From Verrucomicrobiota bacterium (GTDB lineage Bacteria; Verrucomicrobiota; Verrucomicrobiia; Opitutales; UBA953), in NCBI GenBank assembly GCA_046080425.1, contig JBJTTY010000100.1:4713-68712 (forward strand): a DNA stretch of 64,000 bases, given 5' to 3'. Under the pieces are notes generated by a model. The model saw only the letters and a list, made by a program, of their open reading frames with translations. It searched no databases and was not told the origin of the DNA. Of this stretch, positions 1-10,500 are shown piece after piece. Every line of letters starts with the position of its first letter. Position 1 is the first letter of the stretch. Made by a program: the position numbers and the translations under genes.

Positions 1-840
1 CCGGAGGACTTCGACCGGATCCACGCGGCGGGCTTCGACTCGGTGCGCATCCCGGTGCGCTGGGCGGACCACGCCGGCAAGGAGGCGCCCTTCGCCATCG
101 ACGCCGTGTTCATGGAGAAGGTCGACGGGCTGGTGCGATCCGCGCTGGAACGGAAGCTGGCGGTGGTGCTCAACGTCCACCATTACGAGGCGCTCGACGC
201 CGACCCGGCGGGACAGCGCCCGAGGTTCGTGGCGCTCTGGAAGCAGATCGGAGAGCGCTTCAAGGACGCGCCGGACGAACTACATTTCGAACTGAGCAAT
301 GAGCCGCACGGGGCGCATACAGCCGAGCTCTGGAACGCCAACCTGGCGGCCGCGCTCGCGGAGGTACGCCGGTTGCATCCCAAGCGCGCGGTGCACGTGG
401 GCGGGGTGCAATGGAACCGGGCCGCGACGCTCAAGGACCTGCGTCTGCCCGCGGACGACCGGCACCTGATTGGTCATTTTCATTGCTACGATCCCTTCGC
501 GTTCACGCACCAGGGCGCGAGCTGGACGAAGGGCTCGGACAAGTTCATCGGGACGCGCTGGACGGGCACGGACGCCGAGAAGGAGGCGTTGCGCCGGACG
601 TTCGGCCTGGCGACCGCCTGGTCCAAGGCGGAAGGGCGTCCGGTCTTCCTCGGTGAGTTCGGCGCCTACGGGAAACATGCCTCGACGGAGGACCGGGCGC
701 GCTGGACGGCCTTCATGGCCGGCACGGCCCGTGAGCTCGGCATTCCCTTCGCCTACTGGGAATACCAGGCGGGCTTCGGCATCTGGGATCCGGCCGCCCG
801 ACGCTGGCGGCAGGAGCTGCTCGACGCGCTGATGCGCTGA
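1..840 (+). CDS. Glycoside hydrolase family 5 (cellulase-like) protein, 5' end cut by window edge
   Basis: Frame 1 is open from nt 1 (PEDFDRIHAAGFDSVRIPVRW...), so the track start at 43 is internal. GH5 hallmarks: acid/base NEP (FELSNEPHG) and nucleophile block LGEFGA. Stop at 838-840. Confidence 0.85.
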   Translation, partial: PEDFDRIHAAGFDSVRIPVRWADHAGKEAPFAIDAVFMEKVDGLVRSALERKLAVVLNVHHYEALDADPAGQRPRFVALWKQIGERFKDAPDELHFELSNEPHGAHTAELWNANLAAALAEVRRLHPKRAVHVGGVQWNRAATLKDLRLPADDRHLIGHFHCYDPFAFTHQGASWTKGSDKFIGTRWTGTDAEKEALRRTFGLATAWSKAEGRPVFLGEFGAYGKHASTEDRARWTAFMAGTARELGIPFAYWEYQAGFGIWDPAARRWRQELLDALMR

Positions 841-886
841 CCGCTCATGGGTTGCGCGCGGTCCGGCCTGCGCCCATGCTCCATGC

Positions 887-3190
887 ATGACCCGGGCGTT
901 CCTCCTCCTGCTCGCCGCCTCGCTCCAGGCCGCGCCGCTGTTCGACGGCGGGCGCTGGTACGGCCCGGTGGTGCTGCCCGCTACGCCGGCCGACGACGAA
1001 TGGCGCGCGGCACGCACGCTCCAGGACCTTTGCGAGAAGGTGACGGGCGCCCGGCCCGAGCTGGTCACGGAAGGGCAGGGCGCGGCCCCGACGGTCGGGC
1101 TCTTCGTCGGCCGCACTGCGGCCTTCGCCGCCACGGGCGTCGTCGTGCCGGATCCGGAAGGCGACCTGCTCATGACCGCAGTCCGCGACGACCGGGTCTT
1201 CCTCCTTGGCGACTCGCCCGCCGCCACGCGCATGACGGTCGGGCGTTTCGCCGAACGCACGCTCGGGGTGACGTTCCTCTTCCCGGGACCCGACGGCACG
1301 GACTGGCGTCCGCTGGCGCGGGTGCTGCAGCCCGAGGGTGAGGTCTTCCGTCCGGCCTTCGCCTGGCGCTCGGTCAGCGGCCTCACGACCGAGGACGCGG
1401 AGGACTGGGCCTTCAGCGTAGGCTACGGCCGCGGGCTGAGTTTCTCGCACGGCATGTTCCGCGCCTTCGGGCCGCGGGAATGGCGCGAGGATCCGACGTT
1501 CTTCGTCGAGGTCGACGGGGTGCGCGTCCGGCCGACGGGCTCGGGCTACGATCCGAATCCTAACCTCTCCCACCCGAAGGCGGCGGAACTCGGCGCCCGA
1601 TTCACGCGCGACTGGTTCCACCGAAACCCTGACGCGTTCTGCGCGCCCCTCGGGGTGAATGACACGACGGAATACGGTGACGACGCCCCGTCCTCCGGCT
1701 GGTATCGCGACCGCCCGATGCGCACCGACCATGTCATCGGCTTCCTCAACTCGGTCGCGGATTCGTTCTGGGACCCGTCCGGCGACCTCACGGGGGAGCG
1801 GCGCGCCATCGGCACGCTCGCCTATTTCCATACGCTGGCGGCGCCGACTGTCCCGGTCCGCCCGGCGGTGTTCCCCTGGGTCTGCCTCGACCGCATGGGG
1901 CATGCGGATCCCGCGTTCGCCCGCGAGGACGAGGCCAATCTCTCCGCCTGGGTACGCTCGGGCGCGAGACGCGTGGGCGCCTATGATTACTGGTTCGGCG
2001 CCGACTACGCGTCGCCTCACGTGGACTTCTCCGCCCAGGTTTCGGCCATCCGCGCTGCGCATCGCGCCGGCGTGAAGGGCTGGATCGCGGAGCTATACCC
2101 CCTCTGGTCCTTCGACGCCCCGAAGGCATGGTTGGGCTCACGTCTGCTCGCCGATCCCGCCGTCGACCCGCAGGCCGCGCTCGACCGCTGGTTCGACGCC
2201 GCCTACGGACCGGCCGGCGCACGCGTGCGGGACGCCTACGCGGTCATCGAGCGCGCCTGGGCCGCCGATGCGCGAAGCGGCGGCGGACGCGGCCTGGCCC
2301 GTTACCTGAAGGAGAGTTCGGCGCGCGTCCTTACCGACGCCGACGCGGCCGCGGTCTCGGCCCGCGTGGCCGAGGCGCGCGCCCTGCCGGTCGGCGTCTC
2401 GCCGCGTGAGGCCGCCCAGCGTCGGCGGCTCGAGCGTTTCGCCGAGGCGTGGGAGCTCGCGCTCGCGTTCCGTCGCGTGATCGCCGCGCGTGACGCCGGA
2501 CCCGCGACCGCCCCACGCGCCGTCCGCGCCCTCAACGCGCTGACGGACGCCGAAGACGCCTTCGTCAGCGCCGAGAAGCGCTTCAATCTCCGCCAGTCCT
2601 TCCATGGAAGCCCGGTGCGCTGGTCGGCCCTGCTGCACGCCGATCCCCGTGCCGTCTGGATTCGCCTCGCCGCATCGGAGCCCGGACCGCGCGCCGATCT
2701 GCCGGCCTGGGCCGCCCGCGAATCACGCCTCGGTGCCCTCGTCGCCTATTCGGTCATCCTTTCAGGAGCGCCCGGGGAGACCGTGCATCGCATCGACCTC
2801 GGTTCGGTCGAAGACCGGCGCGGACTGCTCCGAATCGACGAGCACCGCCTGAACGCCGTGCGCTGGCACGAGGGAAGGCTGAGCGTGCGCGCGCCCTCGG
2901 GCACGCTGTCGCCGCGGCGCGCCTTCCCCGTCGTGCCCGGCACGCCCCTCGTGCTTTCCGCGGAACTCGCGGCGAGCGACGACCCTTCCGCCGAGGCCCG
3001 GCTCATCGTCCGCTTCCCAGGCTCACGGCGCCGTCCGCTGGACAGTGCGCTCGTCGGCCCCGTCGGCGGCGAGCTGGCGACCGTCGTCCCGCCCGACGCC
3101 ACTACGGTCGAGTATGAGCTGGCCTTCGAGAGGTCCGTCGAGGTCCTCGGCCTCCGCCTCTCCGCCTTCCCCGCCGAAGTCCTGCGCTGA
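887..3190 (+). CDS. Secreted hypothetical protein, DUF4838-like N-terminal module with beta-sandwich-like C terminus
   Basis: 767-aa ORF with signal-like MTRAFLLLLAASLQAAPL. The block GDSPAATRMTVGRFAERTLGVTFLFPGPDG resembles DUF4838 / GH-associated N domains (recognition by memory only). Stop abuts the next ATG. Confidence 0.7.
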   Translation: MTRAFLLLLAASLQAAPLFDGGRWYGPVVLPATPADDEWRAARTLQDLCEKVTGARPELVTEGQGAAPTVGLFVGRTAAFAATGVVVPDPEGDLLMTAVRDDRVFLLGDSPAATRMTVGRFAERTLGVTFLFPGPDGTDWRPLARVLQPEGEVFRPAFAWRSVSGLTTEDAEDWAFSVGYGRGLSFSHGMFRAFGPREWREDPTFFVEVDGVRVRPTGSGYDPNPNLSHPKAAELGARFTRDWFHRNPDAFCAPLGVNDTTEYGDDAPSSGWYRDRPMRTDHVIGFLNSVADSFWDPSGDLTGERRAIGTLAYFHTLAAPTVPVRPAVFPWVCLDRMGHADPAFAREDEANLSAWVRSGARRVGAYDYWFGADYASPHVDFSAQVSAIRAAHRAGVKGWIAELYPLWSFDAPKAWLGSRLLADPAVDPQAALDRWFDAAYGPAGARVRDAYAVIERAWAADARSGGGRGLARYLKESSARVLTDADAAAVSARVAEARALPVGVSPREAAQRRRLERFAEAWELALAFRRVIAARDAGPATAPRAVRALNALTDAEDAFVSAEKRFNLRQSFHGSPVRWSALLHADPRAVWIRLAASEPGPRADLPAWAARESRLGALVAYSVILSGAPGETVHRIDLGSVEDRRGLLRIDEHRLNAVRWHEGRLSVRAPSGTLSPRRAFPVVPGTPLVLSAELAASDDPSAEARLIVRFPGSRRRPLDSALVGPVGGELATVVPPDATTVEYELAFERSVEVLGLRLSAFPAEVLR

Positions 3191-3790
3191 ATGGCCAAGC
3201 GCCTCTTTGACATCGTCTTCTCCTTCGGGTGGCTGGTGCTCTTCCTGCCCCTGATGCTGGCCGTCGCGCTACTCGTCCGGCTCCGCCTCGGCGCGCCCGT
3301 GCTCTTCATCCAGGAGCGTCCTGGCCTGCGCGGGCGGCCCTTCCGCATGGTGAAGTTCCGCACCATGACAGACGAGCGCGGACCCGACGGCGAGCTGCTC
3401 TCGGACGCCGTGCGCCTGACCGCTTTCGGCAAGTTCCTGCGCGCCACCACGCTCGATGAGTTCCCGGAGATGTGGAACGTCCTCGTCGGCGACATGAGCG
3501 TCGTCGGCCCGCGACCCCTCCTCATGCGTTACGTCGGGCGCTACGACGCCTTCCAGGCCCGACGCATGGAGGTGAAACCCGGCGTCACCGGCTGGGCCCA
3601 GGTCAACGGCCGCAACGCCCTCACCTGGGATGAGAAGTTCGCCCTCGATGTATGGTACGTGGATCACCGGAGCTTCTGGTTGGACATGAGGATCGTCGTG
3701 CGGACGTTCTTCAAAGTGTTCGCGCGGAGCGGCATTAACGCCACCAACGCCGCGACGATGGAAGAGTTTGGCGGCGGTAGTAAAAACTAG
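3191..3790 (+). CDS. Undecaprenyl-phosphate sugar phosphotransferase (small monotopic bacterial sugar transferase, PglC / WbaP C-terminal type)
   Basis: 199 aa. N-terminal re-entrant helix FDIVFSFGWLVLFLPLMLAVALLV, then ERPGLRGRPFRMVKFRTM and VGPRP motifs typical of the Bac_transf family. Confidence 0.9.
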   Translation: MAKRLFDIVFSFGWLVLFLPLMLAVALLVRLRLGAPVLFIQERPGLRGRPFRMVKFRTMTDERGPDGELLSDAVRLTAFGKFLRATTLDEFPEMWNVLVGDMSVVGPRPLLMRYVGRYDAFQARRMEVKPGVTGWAQVNGRNALTWDEKFALDVWYVDHRSFWLDMRIVVRTFFKVFARSGINATNAATMEEFGGGSKN

Positions 3791-3795
3791 AGCCT

Positions 3796-4893
3796 CTAGC
3801 GCTTAACGCCGAGCTTCTTCAGCGAGGGGTCTTTCGCCAGCGGGAGATCGACAGGGGCGCCGCCCGCCTGCGCCGATTGATACATCGCAAGAATAAGCTC
3901 CACGGCCTTGCGACCTTCGGCGCCGTCGACGGCGGGACGCTTGCCCGCGCGGATGGCGGCGACAGCGTCCTCGAGATTGGAGCGATGCCAGGCATGGCCG
4001 ATCGCCTTGGGATCGTTGGCACCGGCGCCGCCGCCTTCGGTCGCGGGAGCGAGGACAGCGGCATCGGAGGGCAGGGGCTTCTCAAATTCGAAAGCCGTGA
4101 GCTTGTCATCGCGTAGGACCGCGGAGCCGGTCGTACCATGAATGCGGATCTCGGCCGGGAAACCTGTGCCGGACCAGCAGGCCGTGGAGCTGGCGAGCGT
4201 GGCGCGGCAGCCGTTGGCGAATTCGATCCAGCCCGCGGCGATGTCCTCGACCTCGATACCCTCGTGCGCCATCAACCCCGCCGTGGCGGAGACGCGGCGG
4301 ACCGGACCCATCAGCCAGAGCAGGAGGTCCACGGTGTGGATACCTTGGTTCATGAGCGCGCCGCCGCCGTCGAGGGCGAAAGTGCCGCGCCAGGCCGCGG
4401 AATCGTAGTAGGCCTGCGTGCGCCACCAGGGAATGAGCGCGCCCGCCATCGTCAGTCGGCCGAAGCGGCCCGCAGCCAGTGCCCCCTTGAGCGCCACCGC
4501 GCCGGAACCGAAGCGCCGCGGCAGGATGCCCGCGAGCGTGACGCCCGCCTTCGCGCAGGCGGCGTTGAGTTCATCGCAACGGGCGAGGGTGACCTCGAGG
4601 GGCTTCTCCACCACGACGTGCTTGCCGGCCTTGGCGCAGGCTGAGGCGGGCCCGAGATGGTCGCCGCTCGGCGTGCAGAGGCAGACAACGTCCACGTCGG
4701 GCCGGGCGAGCATCGCCTCGGGCGTCGCTTCGGCGGCGCAGCCGTGCTTCGCAGCGAACTCCTGTGCCTTGGCCGGGGTGCGGTTGCAGACGGCGACGAG
4801 CCTCACGCCCGGGATCTCGGCTAGGGCGCGGGCGTGGAACTCGGCGATCATGCCGGTGCCCCAGATGGCGAATCCAAACGTCTTCTGGCTCAT
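3796..4893 (-). CDS. Gfo/Idh/MocA family NAD(P)-dependent oxidoreductase
   Basis: In-frame ATG at 4893 gives 365 aa starting MSQKTFGFAIWGTGMIAEFHARAL (Rossmann GxGxxA), with the EKP motif (VVVEKPLE). The remaining N-terminal 700 aa of the 1064-aa track ORF is low-complexity antisense of the GT genes. Confidence 0.85.
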   Translation of the reverse strand: MSQKTFGFAIWGTGMIAEFHARALAEIPGVRLVAVCNRTPAKAQEFAAKHGCAAEATPEAMLARPDVDVVCLCTPSGDHLGPASACAKAGKHVVVEKPLEVTLARCDELNAACAKAGVTLAGILPRRFGSGAVALKGALAAGRFGRLTMAGALIPWWRTQAYYDSAAWRGTFALDGGGALMNQGIHTVDLLLWLMGPVRRVSATAGLMAHEGIEVEDIAAGWIEFANGCRATLASSTACWSGTGFPAEIRIHGTTGSAVLRDDKLTAFEFEKPLPSDAAVLAPATEGGGAGANDPKAIGHAWHRSNLEDAVAAIRAGKRPAVDGAEGRKAVELILAMYQSAQAGGAPVDLPLAKDPSLKKLGVKR

Positions 4894-5004
4894 GGCGTGA
4901 CGCCACTTTCCCCGCGCGCGTGAGGACGGGCAAGCCCCAAGCGGCCGTGGCAACGGGCTTGCCAAGGCCTCCCGCAGGCGGCTTCCTTCACGGCACGCCC
5001 GGCC

Positions 5005-5823
5005 ATGCCTTCCGACCGACTTCCGCTGAGCGCCTTCATCATCTGCAAGAACGAGGCCGCGGTCATCGGCAACTGCGTGCGCACGCTCGCCGAATGCGAG
5101 GAGATCGTGGTCGTCGACTCCGGCTCCACCGACGGCACCCTGGACGTCCTGCGCGGCCTGCGGGACGAGGGCTTCCCCTTGCGCGTCATCGAGCGCCCCT
5201 GGCCGGGCTTCGCCGCCCAGAAGCAGTTCGCGCTCGAACAGTGCACGCGGCCGTGGGCGATCAACGTCGACGCCGACGAGCGGCTCGACCCGGACTTCCG
5301 TCGCGCGCTGCCGGGGCTGCTCGCCGCCCCAGAGTCCGTGGCCGCCTGGCGCATTCTCCGCCGGCCCTACCTCGTCGGCGGCGGCTACGCCCCCCGCGCC
5401 GCCCATGAGGGACGCATGCTGCGCCTCGTCCGTCGTGAGCGCGCCCGCTACAACCTGGCCCTGCTCGTGCACGAGGCCATGCTCGTCCAGGGCGAGGTGC
5501 GCGACGCGCCCGAGGGCACGCTGCTGCATTTCCGCACGCAGACCGTCGACGAGCAGGCGCGCAAGGAGGCCGGCTACGCCGTGCTCAAGGCCCGGCAGCT
5601 CGCCGGCGAGGGCAAGCGCCCCCGGATCCTGCGGATGCTCTTCAACCCCTTCGTCTACTTCGCCCGCTACTACTTCGCGCGCCGCATGTTCCTCTGCGGC
5701 TGGCCGGGCTTCTTCACCGCCGCCAACGCTGCCCTGTACACCTTCCTCTGCGAGGCGCGCCTCTGGCAGGACGCCCACGTCCGCGACGCCGCCGAGGACG
5801 ACCGCCGTGCCAGCGGGCTCTAA
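5005..5823 (+). CDS. Glycosyltransferase family 2 (GT-A fold)
   Basis: 272 aa. LSAFIICKNEA...IVVVDSGSTDGT and NVDADE (DxD-like) motifs; C-terminal hydrophobic segment. Confidence 0.85.
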   Translation: MPSDRLPLSAFIICKNEAAVIGNCVRTLAECEEIVVVDSGSTDGTLDVLRGLRDEGFPLRVIERPWPGFAAQKQFALEQCTRPWAINVDADERLDPDFRRALPGLLAAPESVAAWRILRRPYLVGGGYAPRAAHEGRMLRLVRRERARYNLALLVHEAMLVQGEVRDAPEGTLLHFRTQTVDEQARKEAGYAVLKARQLAGEGKRPRILRMLFNPFVYFARYYFARRMFLCGWPGFFTAANAALYTFLCEARLWQDAHVRDAAEDDRRASGL

Positions 5824-5826
5824 GCC

Positions 5827-6855
5827 ATGCGCCTCTTCCACACCCACTTCGGCAGGGACGGCGGCGCGGAGCGCTTCTTCGTGAGCCTGGTCAACGCCCT
5901 GGCCGAGGCCGGCGTCGACCAGACGCTCCTCATCCGGCCCGGCCGCGCCTGGCGCGACCAGCTGCCCGCGTCCGCCGAGGTGCATGAGGGGCTCCCGCGC
6001 CTGCTCACGCCCTCCCGCTTCCTCCTGCCGTGGAAGTTCGGCCGTCTGCTCCGCGCGCAGCGGCCCGCCGGCATCCTCGCCTGGATGCCGCGCGCGGCCG
6101 ACTTCATGCCCGACTGGAAGGGCGGCCTGCGGGTCGCGCGGCTCGGCGACTACCCGACCTCGCTCAAGCACTTCCGCAACGTCGACCTGCTCGTCTGCAA
6201 CACCCCGGGCATCGCCGAGCACGTGAAGCGCCTCGGCTGGACGCGGTTCGCGCGCGTCATCTCGAACTTCACCCTCGTCCGTCCCGCCGCGCCCCTGCCT
6301 CGGGAGGCGCTCGGCTCCTCCGCGGGCGCCTTCACCGTCCTCGGCGTCGGGCGGCTGGTCCGGCGCAAGGGCTTCCACACGCTCATCGAGGCGATCCGCG
6401 AGGTTCCGGAGGCGCGCCTCTGCATCCTCGGCGAAGGCGAGGAGGAGGCCGAACTGCGCCGTCAGGCCGCCGAGATGGGCGTCGCCGACCGCGTGCGTTT
6501 CGCCGGCTGGCAGGCCGATCCCGCCCCATGGCTCTCGGCCTGCGACGTCTTCGTGATGCCCTCCGTCCACGAGCCGCTCGGCAACGTCATCCTCGAAGCC
6601 TGGGGCGCCGGCGTCCCGGTCGTCTCCTCGCGCTCCGAGGGCCCCAGCTGGATGATGCACGAGGGCGAGGACGGGCTGCTCTTCGGGCTCGAGGATGCCG
6701 CCGGCCTCGCCGCCGCCCTCCGCCGCCTGCGCGACGACCGCGCCCTGCGCGCCCGGCTCGTCGAGGGCGGACGCCGCACGCTCGACGCCACTTTCTCGAA
6801 GGCCGCCGTGACGCGCGCCTACGTCGACCTCTTCACCCGCCCGCCCACCGACTGA
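5827..6855 (+). CDS. Glycosyltransferase family 4 (GT-B fold, RfaG-like)
   Basis: 342 aa. C-terminal EPLGNVILEAWGAGVPVVSS...GEDGLLF matches the GT4 nucleotide-sugar binding region. Lies 3 nt after the GT2 stop. Confidence 0.85.
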   Translation: MRLFHTHFGRDGGAERFFVSLVNALAEAGVDQTLLIRPGRAWRDQLPASAEVHEGLPRLLTPSRFLLPWKFGRLLRAQRPAGILAWMPRAADFMPDWKGGLRVARLGDYPTSLKHFRNVDLLVCNTPGIAEHVKRLGWTRFARVISNFTLVRPAAPLPREALGSSAGAFTVLGVGRLVRRKGFHTLIEAIREVPEARLCILGEGEEEAELRRQAAEMGVADRVRFAGWQADPAPWLSACDVFVMPSVHEPLGNVILEAWGAGVPVVSSRSEGPSWMMHEGEDGLLFGLEDAAGLAAALRRLRDDRALRARLVEGGRRTLDATFSKAAVTRAYVDLFTRPPTD

Positions 6856-6856
6856 C

Positions 6857-7558
6857 ATGGCCTCGCCGTTCCGCAACCTCAAGTCCGCCTTCCGCCGGCT
6901 CATCGGTGCCAAGACGGTCTCCCTCGACGGCGTCACGGTCTCCACCGACCCCGCCGTCGTCAGCCGCCAGGTCCGCTCCGGGATCTTCAAGGAAACCTAC
7001 GAGGAGCCCGAGCGCATCCTCATCCGCGAGGGTCTGCGTCCGGGTGACCGCGTGCTCGAAATCGGCGGCGGGGTCGGCTTCGTCAGCCTCCTCTGCGCCC
7101 GCATCGTCGGCGCCGACAACGTCCTCACCTATGAGGCCAACCCCGCGATGCACAAGGTCATCCGCGCCAACTACGCCCTCAACGGCCTCGAGCCCCGCCT
7201 GCGCGGCCGGGCGCTCACCGCCCACGGCGGCGACGTGACGTTCTTCGTCAACGACAACATCATCTCGAGCAGCGTATACCAGCGGGAGGGCGGCCGCGCG
7301 GTCACCGTGCCTTCCGACGCGATCGACGCGGCCCTCGCCGAATGGCGCCCGACGGTGCTGGTCATGGACGTCGAGGGCGCGGAGGTCGACATCCTCGCCG
7401 CCTCGGCCCTGCCCGGCCTGAAGCGCATCGTGCTCGAGCTGCACCCGCACGTGGTGGGACCCGAGGCGGTCGCCCGCCTGCGCGCGCACCTCTCCGGCCT
7501 GGGCTTCCATGAGGCCCGCGCCGTCCAGAAGTCCTCGCTCTTCAGCCGCGGCGGCTGA
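6857..7558 (+). CDS. FkbM family SAM-dependent methyltransferase
   Basis: 233 aa. SAM-binding VLEIGGGVGFVS and the VMDVEGAEVDIL block typical of FkbM-family enzymes. Lies 1 nt after the GT4 stop. Confidence 0.75.
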   Translation: MASPFRNLKSAFRRLIGAKTVSLDGVTVSTDPAVVSRQVRSGIFKETYEEPERILIREGLRPGDRVLEIGGGVGFVSLLCARIVGADNVLTYEANPAMHKVIRANYALNGLEPRLRGRALTAHGGDVTFFVNDNIISSSVYQREGGRAVTVPSDAIDAALAEWRPTVLVMDVEGAEVDILAASALPGLKRIVLELHPHVVGPEAVARLRAHLSGLGFHEARAVQKSSLFSRGG

Positions 7559-7564
7559 ACGCGC

Positions 7565-10500
7565 TCAGCTCCGCGGGCCGTACTTGCGGAGCGCGGGGGA
7601 GGAGGGCGCCTGGGCCTCCACCTGCACGCCCATGCACGCCGGATGCCGGCCGAACTCGCCGTAGCTGGCGAAGTCGAACCGCGTCGTCATCCCGCGCGCG
7701 GCCTCGGCTACGAGCACGCGCCCGTCCGGCTGCACGAAGCCGACCTGTACGATCGTGGGCCCGTCGACGCGGCGCGCGTGGCTCACCAGGCGCTCCATGA
7801 ATTCGCCCGCCTCGGGGCCGGGCCGCAGCGCGAAGAGGACCTTCTTGAGCAGCCCCGGCGCGGTCCGCAGCGGACGGATGGCGTGCGCGTTCACCATCCA
7901 CTCCTCGCGTTCCTCGCGGAAGACCAGACGGGCGTCAACGATCACGTGCGAACCGTCCATCAGCAGCGGCAGCTCGCCCTCCTTCAGGGCCGCGGCCTCC
8001 TCGTAGGCTTCGGAGAACATCATCACCGGCACCGTGGCCGAGCGGGTGGCGACTTGGAAGAGGGCCCAGGGGCGGTTGTCCTTTTTCGAGATCTTCTTCT
8101 CGAGCATGCTCACGATGCCGCACAGGCGCACCGGGTGCCGCTCCTTGCGGTCCAGCTCGAGCCGCTCCGGCGGGCCGGACAGCGTCGCCACCGCCTCGTC
8201 GAGGCCGTGGTAGTCCGCCAACGGATGTCCGCTGAGGTAGAAGCCGAGCAGCTGCTTCTCGCCGTTGAGCTTCTCGAGCTTGGGCATCGGCGCCGAGCGG
8301 CGGATGATCAGGTCGGCCTGGCGCACGTCGCCCGCGGCGTCGTCGGCCAGCATGTCGAAGAGGCTGCCCTGGCCGGACGCGCGCTCCTTGCGCTCCGTCG
8401 AGTGATGGCGGCGCACCGACTCCACCGAGTCGACCAGGTGCTGGCGGTCCTCGCCCGTGCCGTCGAAGGCGCCGGCGCGGATGAGGCAGTCCAGCGTGCG
8501 CGCGTTGACGTCCTGGTCGCCCATGCGCGCGACGAACTCGGAGAAGTCCCGGAAGGGCCCGTTCTTGGCGCGCTCCGCCACGACCGCCCGCGCGGCCACG
8601 TCGCCCACGCCCTTGATCGCCCCCAGGCCGAAGCGGATGGCGTTGTCGGCCGGCACCGGCGTGAAGTCGGTGTCGGAGAGGTTCACGTCGGGCCCGAGCA
8701 TCTTGAGCCCGATCGCCTCGGCCTCGCCCACGAACTCCGCCAGCTTGTCGGAATTGCCCTGCTCAGAGGTGAGCACGGCGGACATGAACTCGACCGGGTA
8801 GTTGGCCTTGAGGTAGGCCGTGCGCCAGGAGAGCACGGCGTAGGCCGCGGAGTGCGACTTGTTGAAGCCGTATTCGGCGAACTTCTCGAGGATGGCGAAG
8901 ATCTCCTCCGCCTTCTTCCGCTCGATGCCGTTCGTGGCCTTGGCGCCCTCGACGAAGATCGAGCGCTGCTGCTCCATCTCCTCCTTGATCTTCTTGCCCA
9001 TCGCGCGGCGGAGCATGTCGGCGCCGCCAAGGGTGTAGCCGGCCACCACCCGCGCCGCCTCCATCACCTGCTCCTGGTAGACCAGGATCCCGTAGGTCTC
9101 GCGGGCGACCTTCTCGAGGAGCGGGTGGGCGTATTTCACCATCGCCGGGTCCTTCTTGCCCCGGACGTAGTCGGGGATGAACTGCATCGGGCCCGGGCGG
9201 TAGAGCGCGATGAGCGCCACGATCTCGTCGATGGAGGAGATGCTGAACTGCCGGCAGAGGGACTGCATGCCGCCGGATTCGAGCTGGAACACGCCCACCG
9301 TGCGGGCGTCGTTGAGCAGGGCGTAGGTCTTGGCGTCCTCGAAGCCCGCCTTCTCGATGTCGAAGTCCGGCCGCCCGCGGTGGCGTCGCACGAGACGCTG
9401 CGCGTCGTCGATCACAGTCAGCGTCTTGAGCCCGAGGAAGTCCATCTTGAGCAGGCCGAGTTTCTCCACGGGGTCCTTGGCGTACTGCGTGGTGAGGTCG
9501 CCCTCCTGCATCGTCACGGGGATGATGTCGGTCAGCGGGCGGTCGGCGATGATCATGCCGCAGGCGTGCTTGCCCGAGTTACGCACCATGCCCTCGATGA
9601 CGCGGCCGGTCTCGATGATCTCCGCGGCCTGCGGGTTGGCCTCCACCTCGGCGCTCAGCTCATTCGACTTCCTGAGCGCGTCCTCCAGCGAGATGTTGAT
9701 GTCGTCCGGGACGAGCTTGGCCAGGCGGTTGGTCTCGACGAAGGGCAGGTCGCGGATGCGGGCGAGGTCACGCACGACCATCTTGGCTCCGAAGGTGCCG
9801 AAGGTGATGATGTTCGCCACGCGGTCCTCGCCGTACTTGCGGCGCACGTAGGCCACGACCTCGTCGCGGCGGCGCATGCAGAAGTCGATGTCGAAGTCGG
9901 GCGCGGAGACGCGCTCGGGGTTGAGGAAGCGCTCGAAGAGCAGGCCGAACCGGATGGGGTCGATGTCGGTGATCTTCAGGCAGTAGGCGACGATGGAGCC
10001 GGCGCCGGAGCCGCGGCCGGGCCCGACGGGGATGTCCTGCCGGCGCGCCCAGTCGATGAAGTCCCAGACGATGAGGAAGTAGTCGACGAAGCCCGTGCCG
10101 GCGATGACGCCGAGCTCGAAGTCCACGCGTCGGCAGAGCTCCGCGGGGCTGGCGCGGTCGGGCCCCGGGGCCTGCTCGTCCTTCCAGGAGGCGGGGTCGT
10201 CGTAATCCACGCCGTACCGGTCCTTCAGCCCGTGCTTCACCTGCTCGAGCAGGTAGGAGCCGTTGGCGCGCATCTTGTCGCGCGCCGCCGCGTCCACCTT
10301 GAACGCGGCCTCCTTGCCTTGCGTCGCGAGCAGGCCGTTCTTCAGACGCTCGTAGTCGTCGAGGATGACGTCGAACTTCGCCGCGGGCTTCGGTCTTACC
10401 TCGGGCGGGAAGACGTACACCGGGTAGTTGTTCTGCCCCACGGGCAGCTTGACGTCGCACATCTCGGCGACCGCCACGGTGTTGGTGATCGCCTCGGGCA

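Noticed and set aside
4894-6990. N-terminal 700-aa extension of the 1064-aa minus ORF (upstream of the Gfo/Idh/MocA gene), antisense to GT2/GT4
   Set aside because: The oxidoreductase Rossmann fold begins right at the internal ATG (4893). The extension is low complexity and overlaps two well-supported + strand glycosyltransferase genes.
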